Part shown: positions 39,075 through 51,090 of the stretch, piece by piece | How positions within the stretch are numbered: position 1 is the first letter of the stretch | Layout of the letters: each line of letters starts with the position of its first letter | Origin: Monocercomonoides exilis PA203 | Lineage: Eukaryota; Protista; Preaxostyla | Assembly (NCBI GenBank): GCA_001643675.2 | Contig: LSRY02000008.1 | Location: 868,001-932,000, forward strand | Reading direction: 5' to 3' | Length of the DNA: 64,000 nucleotides | Notes under the pieces: generated by a model | The model's input: only the letters and a program-made list of their open reading frames with translations | Told to the model about the DNA's origin: nothing | The model's database searches: none | Made by a program: the position numbers and the translations under genes

Positions 39075-42000
39075 AATCATTTCATGACAAGAAAATGCAA
39101 CAAGAATAAATCACTTCATTTGAACAACCCCAAACAGCAAACAATTTCTTCTCATTCAAAAACAAACAGCTTCTTCTTGTTTGTGGAATGTTCTGTTCGA
39201 AATCGTTTGTTTCATCTTTTTTATAATTGCTGCAATCCTTCAAAAACAAAACAATGCAACTTTCTCTTCCAAAAATGCAAAAATTAACAAAACAAGCAAT
39301 AAACATTTGAGAATGGATGAAATGAGGTTTGAATGCGTTTGTCCAAGCAGCAAACATAAAAACAACACAAAAACTGCAAACAGGCAAAATTATCTGATTT
39401 CTTCATTTTTTTCTTTTTCTTTCTCTCCTGATATTTCATTGAATGTTTATTTCCATTTCCATTTCTATTAAATTGAAATAAATAAATTGTTTGTCTTTCT
39501 CTTTCTCTTTCTCAAACAGAAGCAGCTCTCCTCGTGTTTCTCTCAAAAGCAAATGAATCCTCGTCGAATTGGCTGAAGTGAGAAGAAGAGCGAAGTGGAT
39601 AAAAATGCAGATAGGGATGAGGGGGAAGAGGAGGAGAAGGAGAAGGAGAAGAAGAAGAAGAAGATGATGATGATGATGATGTGTGTTCATCAAATGTTGT
39701 TCTCTTCTCTTTTGCTGATGGAAACCCAAATGAATCAAAACTCCTCCCAATCCACACACTCCCTTCTTTCTCCCCTTTCTTCCTTCTCTTTCCCCCACAC
39801 TGCCCATTTCCTCTTCGCTGCCCATCCTCTTCCTGCCTCTTCAGCCGGCTCACTTCATCTGCATAGAATCGGAACTGAATACAAACAAAAACAAATAAAA
39901 AAGAAAAAAGAAAGATGAAGATGAAGATGAAGACATTATTGAAGAAGATGAAATATATTCCAAGCATCACCAACCGCATTCGTCAGTTCTCTCGCTTTCT
40001 TCCAGTTCTCTTTCAGAAGGGTGTTGTTCAGCGCCTCGTAGTCTTTGTATGTCCACACCGCATGCCCCACAGCACACACACACAAACAAACAAACAGCAT
40101 GTGCCAGCTGCCTGCAAACCGCCTCATCTCCTCTGCCGCTGCCCCGCTCCTGCCAACAACCCACAAAATCCCTCGCTCCCCCACAAAAAACACCACCCAC
40201 ACTCCATTCCATATTTCGTCATTGTTTAAGATGAATCACAAAAGAGAAGAAGAACGAAATCGAATGAGAAGAAGAAGAACAGAAAAATACAATAAAAATG
40301 AACATGAATGGAAAGCAGTCTCTTCCTCTCTCTTTCTCTCTCTTTCTCTCTCTTTCCTCTCATTTCTTCACAGGCAAACAATAAAATATCCATATTCGTG
40401 CCTCTTTTGTGTGCGGAAGCGACGTCACCAGCTGGAAGAACAGCAGACAAGCCACATAAAACGCAATGCTGTGCAGCCCACTCAAGTCAGCTGCGAATGC
40501 ACAAATCATCAAAACATACAAAAATAAAATAAATAAAATATTTTTGAATTTTCTTTTCTTTTCCTTTTGCCTCAAACCAAAAATCGATGACTGCCCACTC
40601 AGAATCCGCTGCATCCACACCCGCACTGACGAAAACTCTGTCCGAAGATATTCATTCTGCTGCCTCAGCCTCTCCGTCACCATCTTCCCATGTTCCATTC
40701 CCCCCACAAAAACAAAAACAAAAAGAAATGAAAAAGAAAAAGAAAAAGAGAAAAAGAGAAATAAAATGACAAAGAAAACAAAGCATTTTCACTCTTTATG
40801 TTTTTTTTCTCTCTCTCCCACAAAAAAAGAAATAGAAGAAAAATAATAGCATTCCCACCCTCACCATCCTCACCATCCTCACCACCCTCACCACCCACAC
40901 CGTTGTGTCGCTCCGGATGTCCACCAGCTGCCTCACCGTCTCCTCAAACGCCTTCCCCTGCACAGCCATCACCCCCTCCATCTCTGCCACCGCCCGCCTC
41001 TGCTGCTCCAAGATCTGCTCCGAGTGCTCCACCGACTCCTCCATCTGCCTCTGCAGGCTCCTGTGCTGGTGCGCTATGCTGTCAAACGACTGTCAAAAAA
41101 TAAATAAAAGAGGAATAAAAAAGGATAATAAAATGAATTTGATGAGCTCTCCCAAACCATCTCCATCTCTGCCCGCATCCTCTTCTGCTCCTCCCGCGTC
41201 TCTGCCTGCACCCCTTTCATCCCCTCCTGCTCCCTCCCTATCCGCCCCAGCGCCTCCTCCGCCTCCCGCTGCATCTGCCCCACTGCCCCTATCCCCGCCC
41301 CAATCGCTGCTGCTGCTGCCTCCATCTTCGCCTGCCCCGCCGCCGCCGCCTTCATCCACTCCGCAACCTCCCCCGCCGACTCCGCCACCCCCGACAGCTG
41401 CTCCTTCATCCCCGCCGCCCACCTCCTCTGCTCCTCACACACCTCCCTCTGCACCGCCCCCAGCTCCTTCGTCTCCCTCACCGACTCACTTATCTTCTCC
41501 TTAATCCCCTCTTTCACAATGAAAATTGAAAAAAACAAAAAAAAGAGAGAGAGAGATAAATTTCATTGATTTCACTTTCTTCAATCAAATACAGCTGTGA
41601 ACCAAACCAGTCGCATCCCCAATCTCCCCAAACCCCTTCTGGATCAGCTCCCTCTGCTTCTGGTGCTCCTCCTCAATCCCCTTCATCTCCGCCTTCATCC
41701 CTTCCTGCTGCACAGCAAGCTGCGCCTGCATCTCCACCGACTCCTTCGTCGCTTCAAAAACCGACTGCGACGTCTCCACAAGGCTGTACAGCTGCTCCAG
41801 CGTCTCCTCGCTCCCCGCCACCACCCGATCCACCAGCATGCTTATCCGCTGCATCACCGTCTCGTTTTTGAACGAATAGCAAACACTGTCTGCCTCCAAC
41901 ACACAATGAACCACAAGTCACAAAGTCAAATAAAACAAAACAATTACAGCACAGAACACAAAGATGACCCAAACCTATCGTCAGCGATTTGTCTCGGATC

Positions 42001-42855
42001 GACGACTTCTCTTCGTCATTCAGCTTCTTCATGCACACCGAAATGTCCCAGCTGTCTGCGCACCGGTACGGCTTCAGCCCTGCAAATCACGACCCCACCA
42101 ACAATCGCCCAATCATTCCCACCCCAAATCCCAAAAACCCCCAAGAAATGGAAAAAAGAAAAGCCAAACCCATCTCGTCCCCATAGCAGTTCAGCAGCTT
42201 GATGGTCAGCCGAAGCTTCTCCTGCAGCGTCATCTTCCCGCAGTCATACCCCGAAAACGCCCTCTCCAGGCACTCCCGCCCCTTGTCCTGCTGCACCGTC
42301 ACGTTGTACCACTCTTCCCACCCAACCCAAAAAAATCACACAAATCACACAAAACATCAAAAGTCATTTCATCGCCACTTCGCGGCAAGACGCCAACCAA
42401 AACGCACACATACGAGGCAGCTCCCCATCGCGCAGTTGCAGGTAGTTCCGCTGCCCCTGCCCCTGCCCACGCTCCGCAGCCCTCAGCGCCCCCAGCAAAG
42501 CGAAAAACAAGCAAATCATTCTCGGCATTATTTTATTATGGAGCACATTCATCAAGTGAACAACAAGTTTATCTTCTTTTTCCATCATAGAATGAATTGT
42601 TTTTATCGGTACAGTGGTTCATCGTGAAATCAATATTTTGTGCAACGTGAAATCTTTCATGGCTGTGATGAAAACCAAAAATAATTAAAAAAAGAAAAAC
42701 TTCATCAACCTCAATGAAAGATAATATTCTTGAACAATGATTTCATTAACTTGATAGTTATGAACATGAATCATGAATTAACAGACTCAATAAGAAGATT
42801 GAAAAACTTGAAATGATTTTTGATTTTTTTATTAAAAGTTTGAAAATTTCTTCAA
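39075..42855 (-). repeat. Right arm of large inverted duplication
   Basis: 39075-42660 mirrors 30138-33729; 42660-~42855 mirrors ~24725-24920 with more mismatches. Confidence 0.95.
39512..42528 (-). CDS. GEX1: GEX1/KAR5-family protein, copy 2 (multi-exon)
   Basis: Mirror copy of 30271-33291; exon-spanning ORF translations are identical (e.g. 41074-41538 vs 31263-31727). Confidence 0.88.
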
Positions 42856-43003
42856 AAAAATACACCAAAAATTATTCTAATTCGGAAAAAAATTATTCAA
42901 TTAAGTTATTTTTTAATTCTATCAAGATAATAAATAATTCAAATTCGAAATGATACATATATTGCATTTAACAGCTAACATCGCACAAAATACATTTCAT
43001 CAT

Positions 43004-43303
43004 TGTTTTCTCAATAACTGCTTAAAAGAGAAAATCTGAATATTTTCCTCTAAATATTCACTTACAAAACTGACTCATTTGGCATAACATACTTTCATTT
43101 TCGTGCAGACTGAATATTCAAAAAATAATTTTAGAAGTCTTGGAGAAACTCAAAATCTTATTTCTCCGAGATTGCAAACATTAATATTTTCTGAGCACAA
43201 ATGAGGCTATTTTAAAAGTCTTATTAGCCAAAAAGTTGGAATTGTAAAGATACATTAAAATGAATATTTAGAGATTTTCTCTTTGAGTGGTTATTGAGAA
43301 AAC
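43004..43303. repeat. Degenerate foldback/MITE-like inverted repeat
   Basis: GTTTTCTCAATAACTGCTTAAAAGAGAAAATCT (~43004) versus the reverse complement of ~43270-43303, GTTTTCTCAATAACCACTCAAAGAGAAAATCT. Confidence 0.6.
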
Positions 43304-43345
43304 GATCTTGTCCGGTATTATGTATTATGTCCTATATTTTATGCA

Positions 43346-43592
43346 ATATGTCAAAATTTTTTTGAAAAGTTCATTTTGTTTAATTTTCAAATAAAACAAA
43401 TATTTCAAATTTCAATCAAATTTCTGTTCCCACTCACGAAACTTTTCTCGAATGGAAACAATAACATTGTCATTATTTTGTTTTCATAACATCGAAATTA
43501 GGTGAGTGGAAACATAAATTTGATTGAAATTAGAAATTTTTGTTTTATTTGCAAACAAAACAAAAGGAACTTTTCATAAAAATTTAGACATG
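43346..43592. repeat. Foldback/MITE-like inverted repeat (~90-bp arms)
   Basis: …CAAATAAAACAAATATTTCAAATTTCAATCAAATTTCTGTTCCCACTCAC pairs with GTGAGTGGAAACATAAATTTGATTGAAATTAGAAATTTTTGTTTTATTTG…. Confidence 0.75.
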
Positions 43593-44101
43593 TGGATTAA
43601 AATTTTAAATCAATTTGTGAGAAAGATACTAACACATGTGTGATTTTTTTTGATATCATAAAAAAAGATCAAAAATTGAAAAAATAAATCTATAGTGGTA
43701 TTTATTGATCAAAGAGTTAATTTGTTTTTTTGCAAGTATTTAGCTTTTATTTCTGTCACATATATTTGTAAAATTTATAAGAACAAAAAAACATACCTTT
43801 TTTTCATTAAAAAGAGTTTTTTGATCAAGTTTCAAAAAAAAAAAGAAAAATCAATCTTTAAAAGGAAAATAGATATTTCTAAACTGAAAAAACAAAACAT
43901 TGAAAAGAAAAAATTTAAAATAAGAACGAAAAAACGATAAGAAAACAAAATTATTGAAACCAATTTACAAATAATAGTTATTTCTCTTTTTTCTTTTCGT
44001 CTTTGAACAGCTAACAAATTTCCTTTCCTTTAATTCGGTTCAATTGCTTCATCAACCGTTCAACGAAATCGTGGATAATAAGAAAAGCTGAGTTCAATAG
44101 C

Positions 44102-44330
44102 TTGCTCCCCCTCATCGACCAGAATAAAGTCGTTGCAAATGGTGGAAGTTATGTCGATGCTGATACTTGTGGCAGACCCCAACAGACCCCATGCGCATCC
44201 ATCGAGTTTGCCCTCAACGGCTTCATTCCCTCCTCCAAGACGCCTCTCTCACCCTCCTTTCCTCAACATTTGTTCCAACTCAACCTCTCACTTTCAGCGC
44301 AGTTGACACCATAATCACTGGAAATGATAA
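44102..44330 (+). pseudogene. Short fragment of beta-helix surface-protein family
   Basis: VVANGGSYVDADTCGRPQQTPCASIEFAL (CG…PC.sI..A motif), then a frameshift into LSSTFVPTQPLTF. Confidence 0.45.
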
Positions 44331-45399
44331 ACTTTTTCTTATTTCTTTATTATTCCTTCCATTTTCCAATTTTCGCCATTTTCCATGTCATAGAAAAATA
44401 CATGAGACTTCATCGCTTCTTCAACTGAAGAACATATCACTTAATTTTACCAAAATACTTAACGTCAGCTCAAATATAAATATTTCTTCGATATTTCCTC
44501 TTCTATTTTCTCCTTTTCATCAAATGCAAATTCCACTTGTTTCCTAAGGAATCACTATTTTTTCTCTTCAACATGCATTTCTTCAAGCATATCAACAAGC
44601 TCTTCAAAAATATCTGTTTCTTTTGTTTCACTGATTCCAACTTGCCTGTTGGCTTTCGAAGCTCTCATCTCATAGAATTATCCTTCAAATATGCCTTTTC
44701 TTCAAAATTGCTTTCTTTCTCTGTTTCATCTTCAATTGCTCACTGAAGGTGCATGTTATAATGCGATCTCTCGAAGATCATCCATATAATCATTAATTCC
44801 AAATATTGTCTTCTGCCTTGATCTTTCTGTTTTCTGAGAATTCTTTCAACTTCCAAATGAAAAATGTCAGATTCGATCTTTAAAGATTGTGCACCCAATG
44901 ATCGGCTATTCTTGGTTTGATATTGAATCACTTCCATTGACATATAATTTATACAGATATTTCGTTATAGAATATATAATCCTTTTGCGTTTCGGAAAAG
45001 AAAATAAAAGATGAGGCCTGATGATGAATTTGACGGGAGCTGAATGAAAGAGAAGGAGACGAAAATAGAGCAGGACGTGAGAGTAGAGAAAGAGAGCCAG
45101 GATCAGCAAGACTAGTAGAAGATGGAAGTTTAGCTTGGAACTGCAGTGAAGGAGATAAAGATGTTCTGAGAGAAGGAGAAGATTGAAGTTGGATGTTCAT
45201 TAAAAAGGATGAATCGACAAGTGAAGAGGCGCAATGAGAAAGAGGATGAAGAGCAATGTTTGTATTTACAGCAAGATCAGCAGCTGAATCAAAAGGCGCA
45301 ACCAAATTGAGGGCAGGTTATTTCTGCATCAGATCCATCGCAGTTGAATTCTGCCAAGCGGAGAAAGATACCAATTTTGAGAACGACAGCGCATCTCTT

Positions 45400-48300
45400 C
45401 TCCCAGGCACGCTGTTCTGACTGAGTGTTCTTATCCCTTTCTCCTTCTGAAACAGTTGCGATTATCCTTTCCCTGTTCCTTTTCTTTCCTTTCTGTGTGT
45501 AATTTCTGTTTCCTCTTTGTATGGCCATAAGCCCCTCCACTTCATCCCCCTTCCTCTTCTCAACTCCGCCCGGCTCTGCCTCTGCCCGCTCTTCAGCGCA
45601 CTCATCAGATCCAACCAAGCCATCGTTTGCCTCGCATCAACTGCTGCATACACAGGCACTTTTCGCATCTTCCACACAAATTGCCCGTTTTCCTCGCTTT
45701 TGATGCAAACATAGCGGTAAGGAACATCCAGTTCATCGCTCAAATCGTCAAAGTCAGAACTATCTAAATCATTCAGCATGCAGTCCAATTTCCGCTCTCC
45801 TGTTAAAAAATGGCGTTTGGCTTTCTTTCGCCTCTTGTGGCGCCTCGCTGGCCATTTTGTTCTCCTTCTGGTTGTTCGGAGTGCCTGTCTTAAGGTGTGA
45901 TTGTAGTATTCCTTGGAAGCTGCCAAACAGATTCTTGTCTTTTTCCTCTATCTTCTTCGCCATTTTCTCCATTTTCCTGTGCTCCCGCTCTTCCTTCTCT
46001 TTCTTCTTCTGTATTTCCTGTTGTTTCATTAGCCAAAGCAGGTTTTCTCTCTGATCATCAGATTCCAATGAATTAAACGTGATTTTCGCTTCTTCATCGT
46101 CCACTTTCACTTTCTCATTCTGAAACTCATCTTGCATCGCCCTTGTCACTTCTTTGTTCAAATCCTTCATTCCCATCACACTCAACGTCACCCCTCCTCC
46201 TCCTCCAACAGCAGGTTACAGTGGTGTTGTAGGTGTACCAACAGCTCCTCTTCCCATCTCCATCTCTTGGCTGTACGCAATCAAAGCTCTCCCTCCGAAT
46301 CCTCTTCATCCACCGTCCATTCGCTTCCCTCGCGTAAAGTGTATTGTTCCAAAGGCGCCTCGTTCTGAAGAGGATTGTATAGGTTGAGGAGAAGGAGAAG
46401 GTGAAGGTTGGGGAAATTGTTGTTATGTTCTGTTGCTGCTGTTTTTGCTGAGCTAGCGATGAAAGAGGCTCTGGTTTTGGCTCATCATTGTTTGTTTCGC
46501 CTTTTTTGCCGTTTTGAATTGATTCTTTGGTGTTTGTATTCTTTTCTGCTTCTGTTTGTTCGAATCATCATCATCATTTTCTTCATTCTCATCTTTCGTG
46601 TTATCTTCATCGCTTTTTTCTTCTTCCTTACTTCTATTTTCATTCACAGAATTATTCCCTTCTTTCTCTTCTTTCTCACTTTCTTTATCATCTTCCTCAC
46701 TTTTTGAAGCACTCACATTAATTCTTGGTCTTTTAATCGACTCGTCAATCGGGGCAGGTGAAAGCAGCAGGTTTGGCCTGACCATCAAAAGCACTTCATT
46801 CACAACAGAATCACGTTGAAGCTCAAGCACCTGGTAATACCTTCGCATCAACCTCTGTTTCTCTCTCTGTTTGTGTCTCTTCTCTCTTCGCTCTTCTTCA
46901 TCACTGATGATGGAGCTGTCGGAAAAGCATTCACTTTCTTCATTTTTCTTGGTTTCCTTCAAAGAATCTCTTCTAATCAATGATAAATTCTCATTTTCTT
47001 CTGCTTTCACTTTATTTTCTTTTTCATCATCATTGTTATTTTCATCATTTGTAGATTTCAATGCCTTCCTCATCTTAATCAGTTCTCTAATTATTCTCTC
47101 CTCTCTTCTCTCGTTCCTTGCTCCTCTCTTTCTTTCCTTCGCTCTCTCTCTCTTTCTCTTTCTCTCATCCTTTTCTCCAGATTCTCCGAATACCGCTCCA
47201 CCATCCGAAACTCTGCAAACAGCTGCAGCGCTTCAAACACATCTTGTGCGAGAAAAAAGTGTTGCCTTTTCCTTCCACTTCCGAACGATTGCTTCATCCT
47301 CCTAATCTGCTGCTCTTTGCCTGTCGGAAATCTGTTTCTAGAAAAGCGCAGCAACGAAGAAGAATAAGAAGAAAAAGAGGAAGAAAAAGAGGAAGAAAAA
47401 GAGGAAGAAAAAGAAGAGGAGGTGGTGGTGGAAGAAAAAGAAGAGGAAGAAGAAGAGGAAGAAGAAGAGGAAGAAGATGATGATGATGATGATGAAGGAG
47501 AGGGAGAAGGAGATGGCTGACAAAGAGAAATAAAAGATTCATTGGGCAATGAAGAAGGAGATGTTTCTGTTCCTGTGCCAATGCCAGCAATTAAATAGTA
47601 AAAAATGTTTGTGTTGAATTTTGATTGCTTTTTCACAGTCTTTGTCTTCGAGGCACATAAGACGGATTCTGAAGAGTTGCTTCTTGTGGCGGAAGGATCA
47701 CAGGAAGCGGCAGACGCGGCGCATGTTTTCTTTTGAAGTCTTCGATGATTTTATCAATTTCTGCTTTTTCTGCTCTTTCTTGTGATGAATTCACTTCTGA
47801 CTGTTCGGATGAAGAGGAAGATGAAGAAAAATGTGATGATGATGATGATTTCTGTATTGATGTCAATGATAATGATTATTTCTATGACCATGCCTGTTCT
47901 GTTTCATTTGTCTGTTTCTATCTCATAAACATTCGCACACCGGAAACACACATTCTTCTGTCAAATCGTCTGTCATTGGAATAATCTGCAACCAAACGCC
48001 GAAGGCTCTCGTGTTTGCTGATTGGAGCAGAGAAGTGGTGGATGCTATGGATTGATGTGAGAGCAGCTTCAGAACAGAATTTGGTGTAGAAGAAGAGGCT
48101 GAAGAAGAAAGTGTTGATATTTCATCTGCATAGCTCCGCAGATATCTCTTTATCTTCATCTTCAGTCTTTTCAATTTCTCTTCCTTCTTTTTCACTTTTT
48201 CTCTCTCCTTCTCTCTTCCTCCTTCTTTCTCTAAATAACCACCATATCATTAATGAATTTCTCATTTGGGAACAATAATTTCTTCAACTCATCATCCGAC

Positions 48301-50334
48301 GCTGCTGTTAGCTAAATAAAATAAATGATGCAAAAGACTCCATTTTTCTGTCTATTGTTTTTTTGTTAATAAATACCTGTGCTTGAAATACCCAGCAGCT
48401 GTGGCACAAATTGAGTAAAAAGGAAGAAAGAGACGACTTTTTTGATTGGGGAGCTGGCTGCAGATGCGAAAGTGGTTGAATGTTGTAAATGAAACAAAGA
48501 AATCTGCCTAATGATGTCCTTTTGGTGGAAGGAGGTTCTTGCAAAAGAAGAAGAACGTTGGAATGAGTTGGAAGATGTTGAAGATCTGCAAGAATCCACA
48601 TATTGATGGCTCGTGGCAGCTCTGGTTGTGCTTGTGATGTTACACAAAAAAGATGTTCTATCTGTCGAGGATATTTGAGGAAAGAGAGCATTTGATGGAA
48701 GCTGAAATCATTTATTGAGGCAAAGTAAGAAAGAAGAGAGGAGGAGAAGGAGATCTGTGGTGTTTGAATGGAGTGTCATTCACAGAAGATAAGGAGTGAC
48801 ATTGAAAGAGGAGAACTTTTATTGGAAAGAGAAGATAATTCCTGCTTTTTGAGAAGCGCACATGACTTACTCGAACATGGAAACTACAAAGCGGTTTGTG
48901 GATGACTGATTTGAGAAGGAAGAAGAAGAAGAAGAAGTTGACGACGAAGAGAAGAAATGTTTAGTGGTCTGTGAGAAGAGGAAGTCTCGTTTCATGTGGA
49001 ATGAACAGTCAGCTGCAACACAGTGACAATAGAGGAAGCCAAATGCGCAGAAGAGGGTTCCCGGTTCAGTCTTTTTCATCAGCTCTGACTCCAATGATGA
49101 CACAAACGGTGGTAGGTGATCGTGGAGGAGACACATTGCCCACTCTAAAAAGAAGAAACTGAATGAAATTATAACAAAAAAAGAGATGGTTCATATGTTT
49201 ACGTATCAATTAATTGTAAAAATTAAAATGAGGGTTTGAAAAGTTAAAAAAAATAAAAACAAGAAATATGATAAAAACAATGAAAACAAAAAGATGAAAA
49301 TATGACAAACATTATCAAGTCAGGAATAGCGCCTTCATCACATCTTGTACAGAGCTTATTAGCAATTGTTTGAATGAGTCCAATCTGACTGGAAAGATTG
49401 AATGAATCGGTGATTTTTATGCAGAGGGGGCCCAAACAAAAAATTCGATGAAGATTGTAAATAAACACATCATATAATGACCGATTCGGCCAACTCACAA
49501 GAAAAAGATGAAGTTCATAATAAATGATGGAAAAAAGTTCAGAAAATTTCAAAAATTCAAAAATACATTAAAAAATAAACAAACAAAAATTTTTTGTTAT
49601 TATTAAAAGAAAAATTCAACTCACACCACATCGCTTCAAATCTTCGTCATTGCCAAAGTCGATCTGTTTGGAATTTTTTTCCTTTCTTTAATCAAGCTCA
49701 AAATATTTTGCTTTCTTCTTTTCTGCTTTCCTGACCTCCCTCTCCTTCGAAAATCCAGGCAATCTTGAAAGAAAAAAACTAAAATTTACCGAAAATAGCT
49801 GTATTCACTTGCTGGTCCACAAAGTTTGCTGCTCTGGGCGCATCAAGCTTCGCCTCTTCAAATACCTCCTCTTCAAGTGACATGCACTGCGTCTGCTCCA
49901 CAATCACAATCTCATTCGGCCGGATGATCTTCTCCTTCTCCAGCGCATCTGCCACACACGATGTCAATTTGAACATGTCCAAAGTTGTCATGTTAAGCCC
50001 TTGGATGAAACCATTGCATCCTCTTTTTCCACTGCTAACACCACACTAATCTGAATCAGCAATGTGTTACATCCAAAATATGACCCCATAAAGCTGCCAC
50101 ACTCTCTCCCATTGTATGTGTACAGACTGTCCGGTAAGTGGAACTTGCGAGCGAATTACACAGAGGGGTTTGCATCCGAAAAAGCGTGTCGTTCGTCTCT
50201 CGCTTTTCATACACTAATATTCGGTTTATATTCGCTTCAGAGTTAGCGTTCGATGCATAGAAAAGATTGCAATATGTGCCTTGTGCTGCATACGAAATGA
50301 ACAGCAAGCATTTGATGTTTACGAGTTGAATCAC
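45400..50334 (-). pseudogene. Long multi-exon gene of unknown function, apparently degenerate
   Basis: Chain of minus-strand ORFs (50056-50334, 49779-49991, 49244-49552, 47923-48195, 47633-47866, 46453-47073, 45769-46191, 45462-45926) separated by AT-rich intron-like gaps, frameshifts and stops. Confidence 0.45.
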
Positions 50335-50479
50335 AAAAAAATACTCATAAAAAAAAGAATCGCTTTCAGATAAATTTCTGAATGTGGATTTTTTATTTTT
50401 TCATTTTCTTTCATATTCCATTCGCGGGCTGACACATTTTTGATGTAAATTATCGCACTGGTTGTGATTATTTTCGTGT

Positions 50480-51090
50480 TTTTAATTGAAATAAAATGTG
50501 AATATGGTTTTTCATTTCATAAAATGCATTTTTATTTAATCATAAAAAAATATTGAATATATACATATATATTTTTGAGACTCAATAAAATACAAAAACC
50601 AAAAAAAAGTCACCATTTCATGAAAATATGTCAAATTGAAAATCTCGATCACAAAAGTGGTCACTAATTTTTCTTCAGATTTTGCAATAAACAGACATAA
50701 AAAGATGTGGGGAAGCGGTTTGTGCGGAAATCTGAGAAAAAATTAGTGACCACTTTTGTGATCGCCAGTCATTTTGAAAAACACTTTTATTAAGGTTCTC
50801 ATCAGATTTGATCCGTTGAACGATCGGAACTATTATAAAACTGAAACTTGAAATGACTGGCGATCACAAAAGTGGTCACTAATTTTTTCTCAGATTTCCG
50901 TACAAACCGCTTCCCTGTCTTTTGTTGCAAAATCTGAAGAAAATTAAATTTGACAGACTTTTTTGGTTTTTGTATTTTATTGAGTCTCAAAAATATATAT
51001 GTATATATTCAATATTTTTTTTATGATTAAATAAAAATGCATTTTATGAAATGAAAAACCATATTCACATTATTTATTTCAACATTAAAA
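50480..51090. mobile_element. Near-perfect foldback element (~600 bp)
   Basis: ~115-bp near-identical outer IR (50495-50611 / 50955-51071) plus inner IR ~50710-50774 / 50851-50915; the unit GATCACAAAAGTGGTCACTAATTTT occurs three times in alternating orientation. Confidence 0.8.

Noticed and set aside
31297-41504. Pro-rich and Gly-rich ORFs (31297-31896, 31379-31708, 40905-41504)
   Set aside because: They are antisense or alternate-frame shadows of G-rich GEX1 exons and change between the copies while the GEX1 frame does not.
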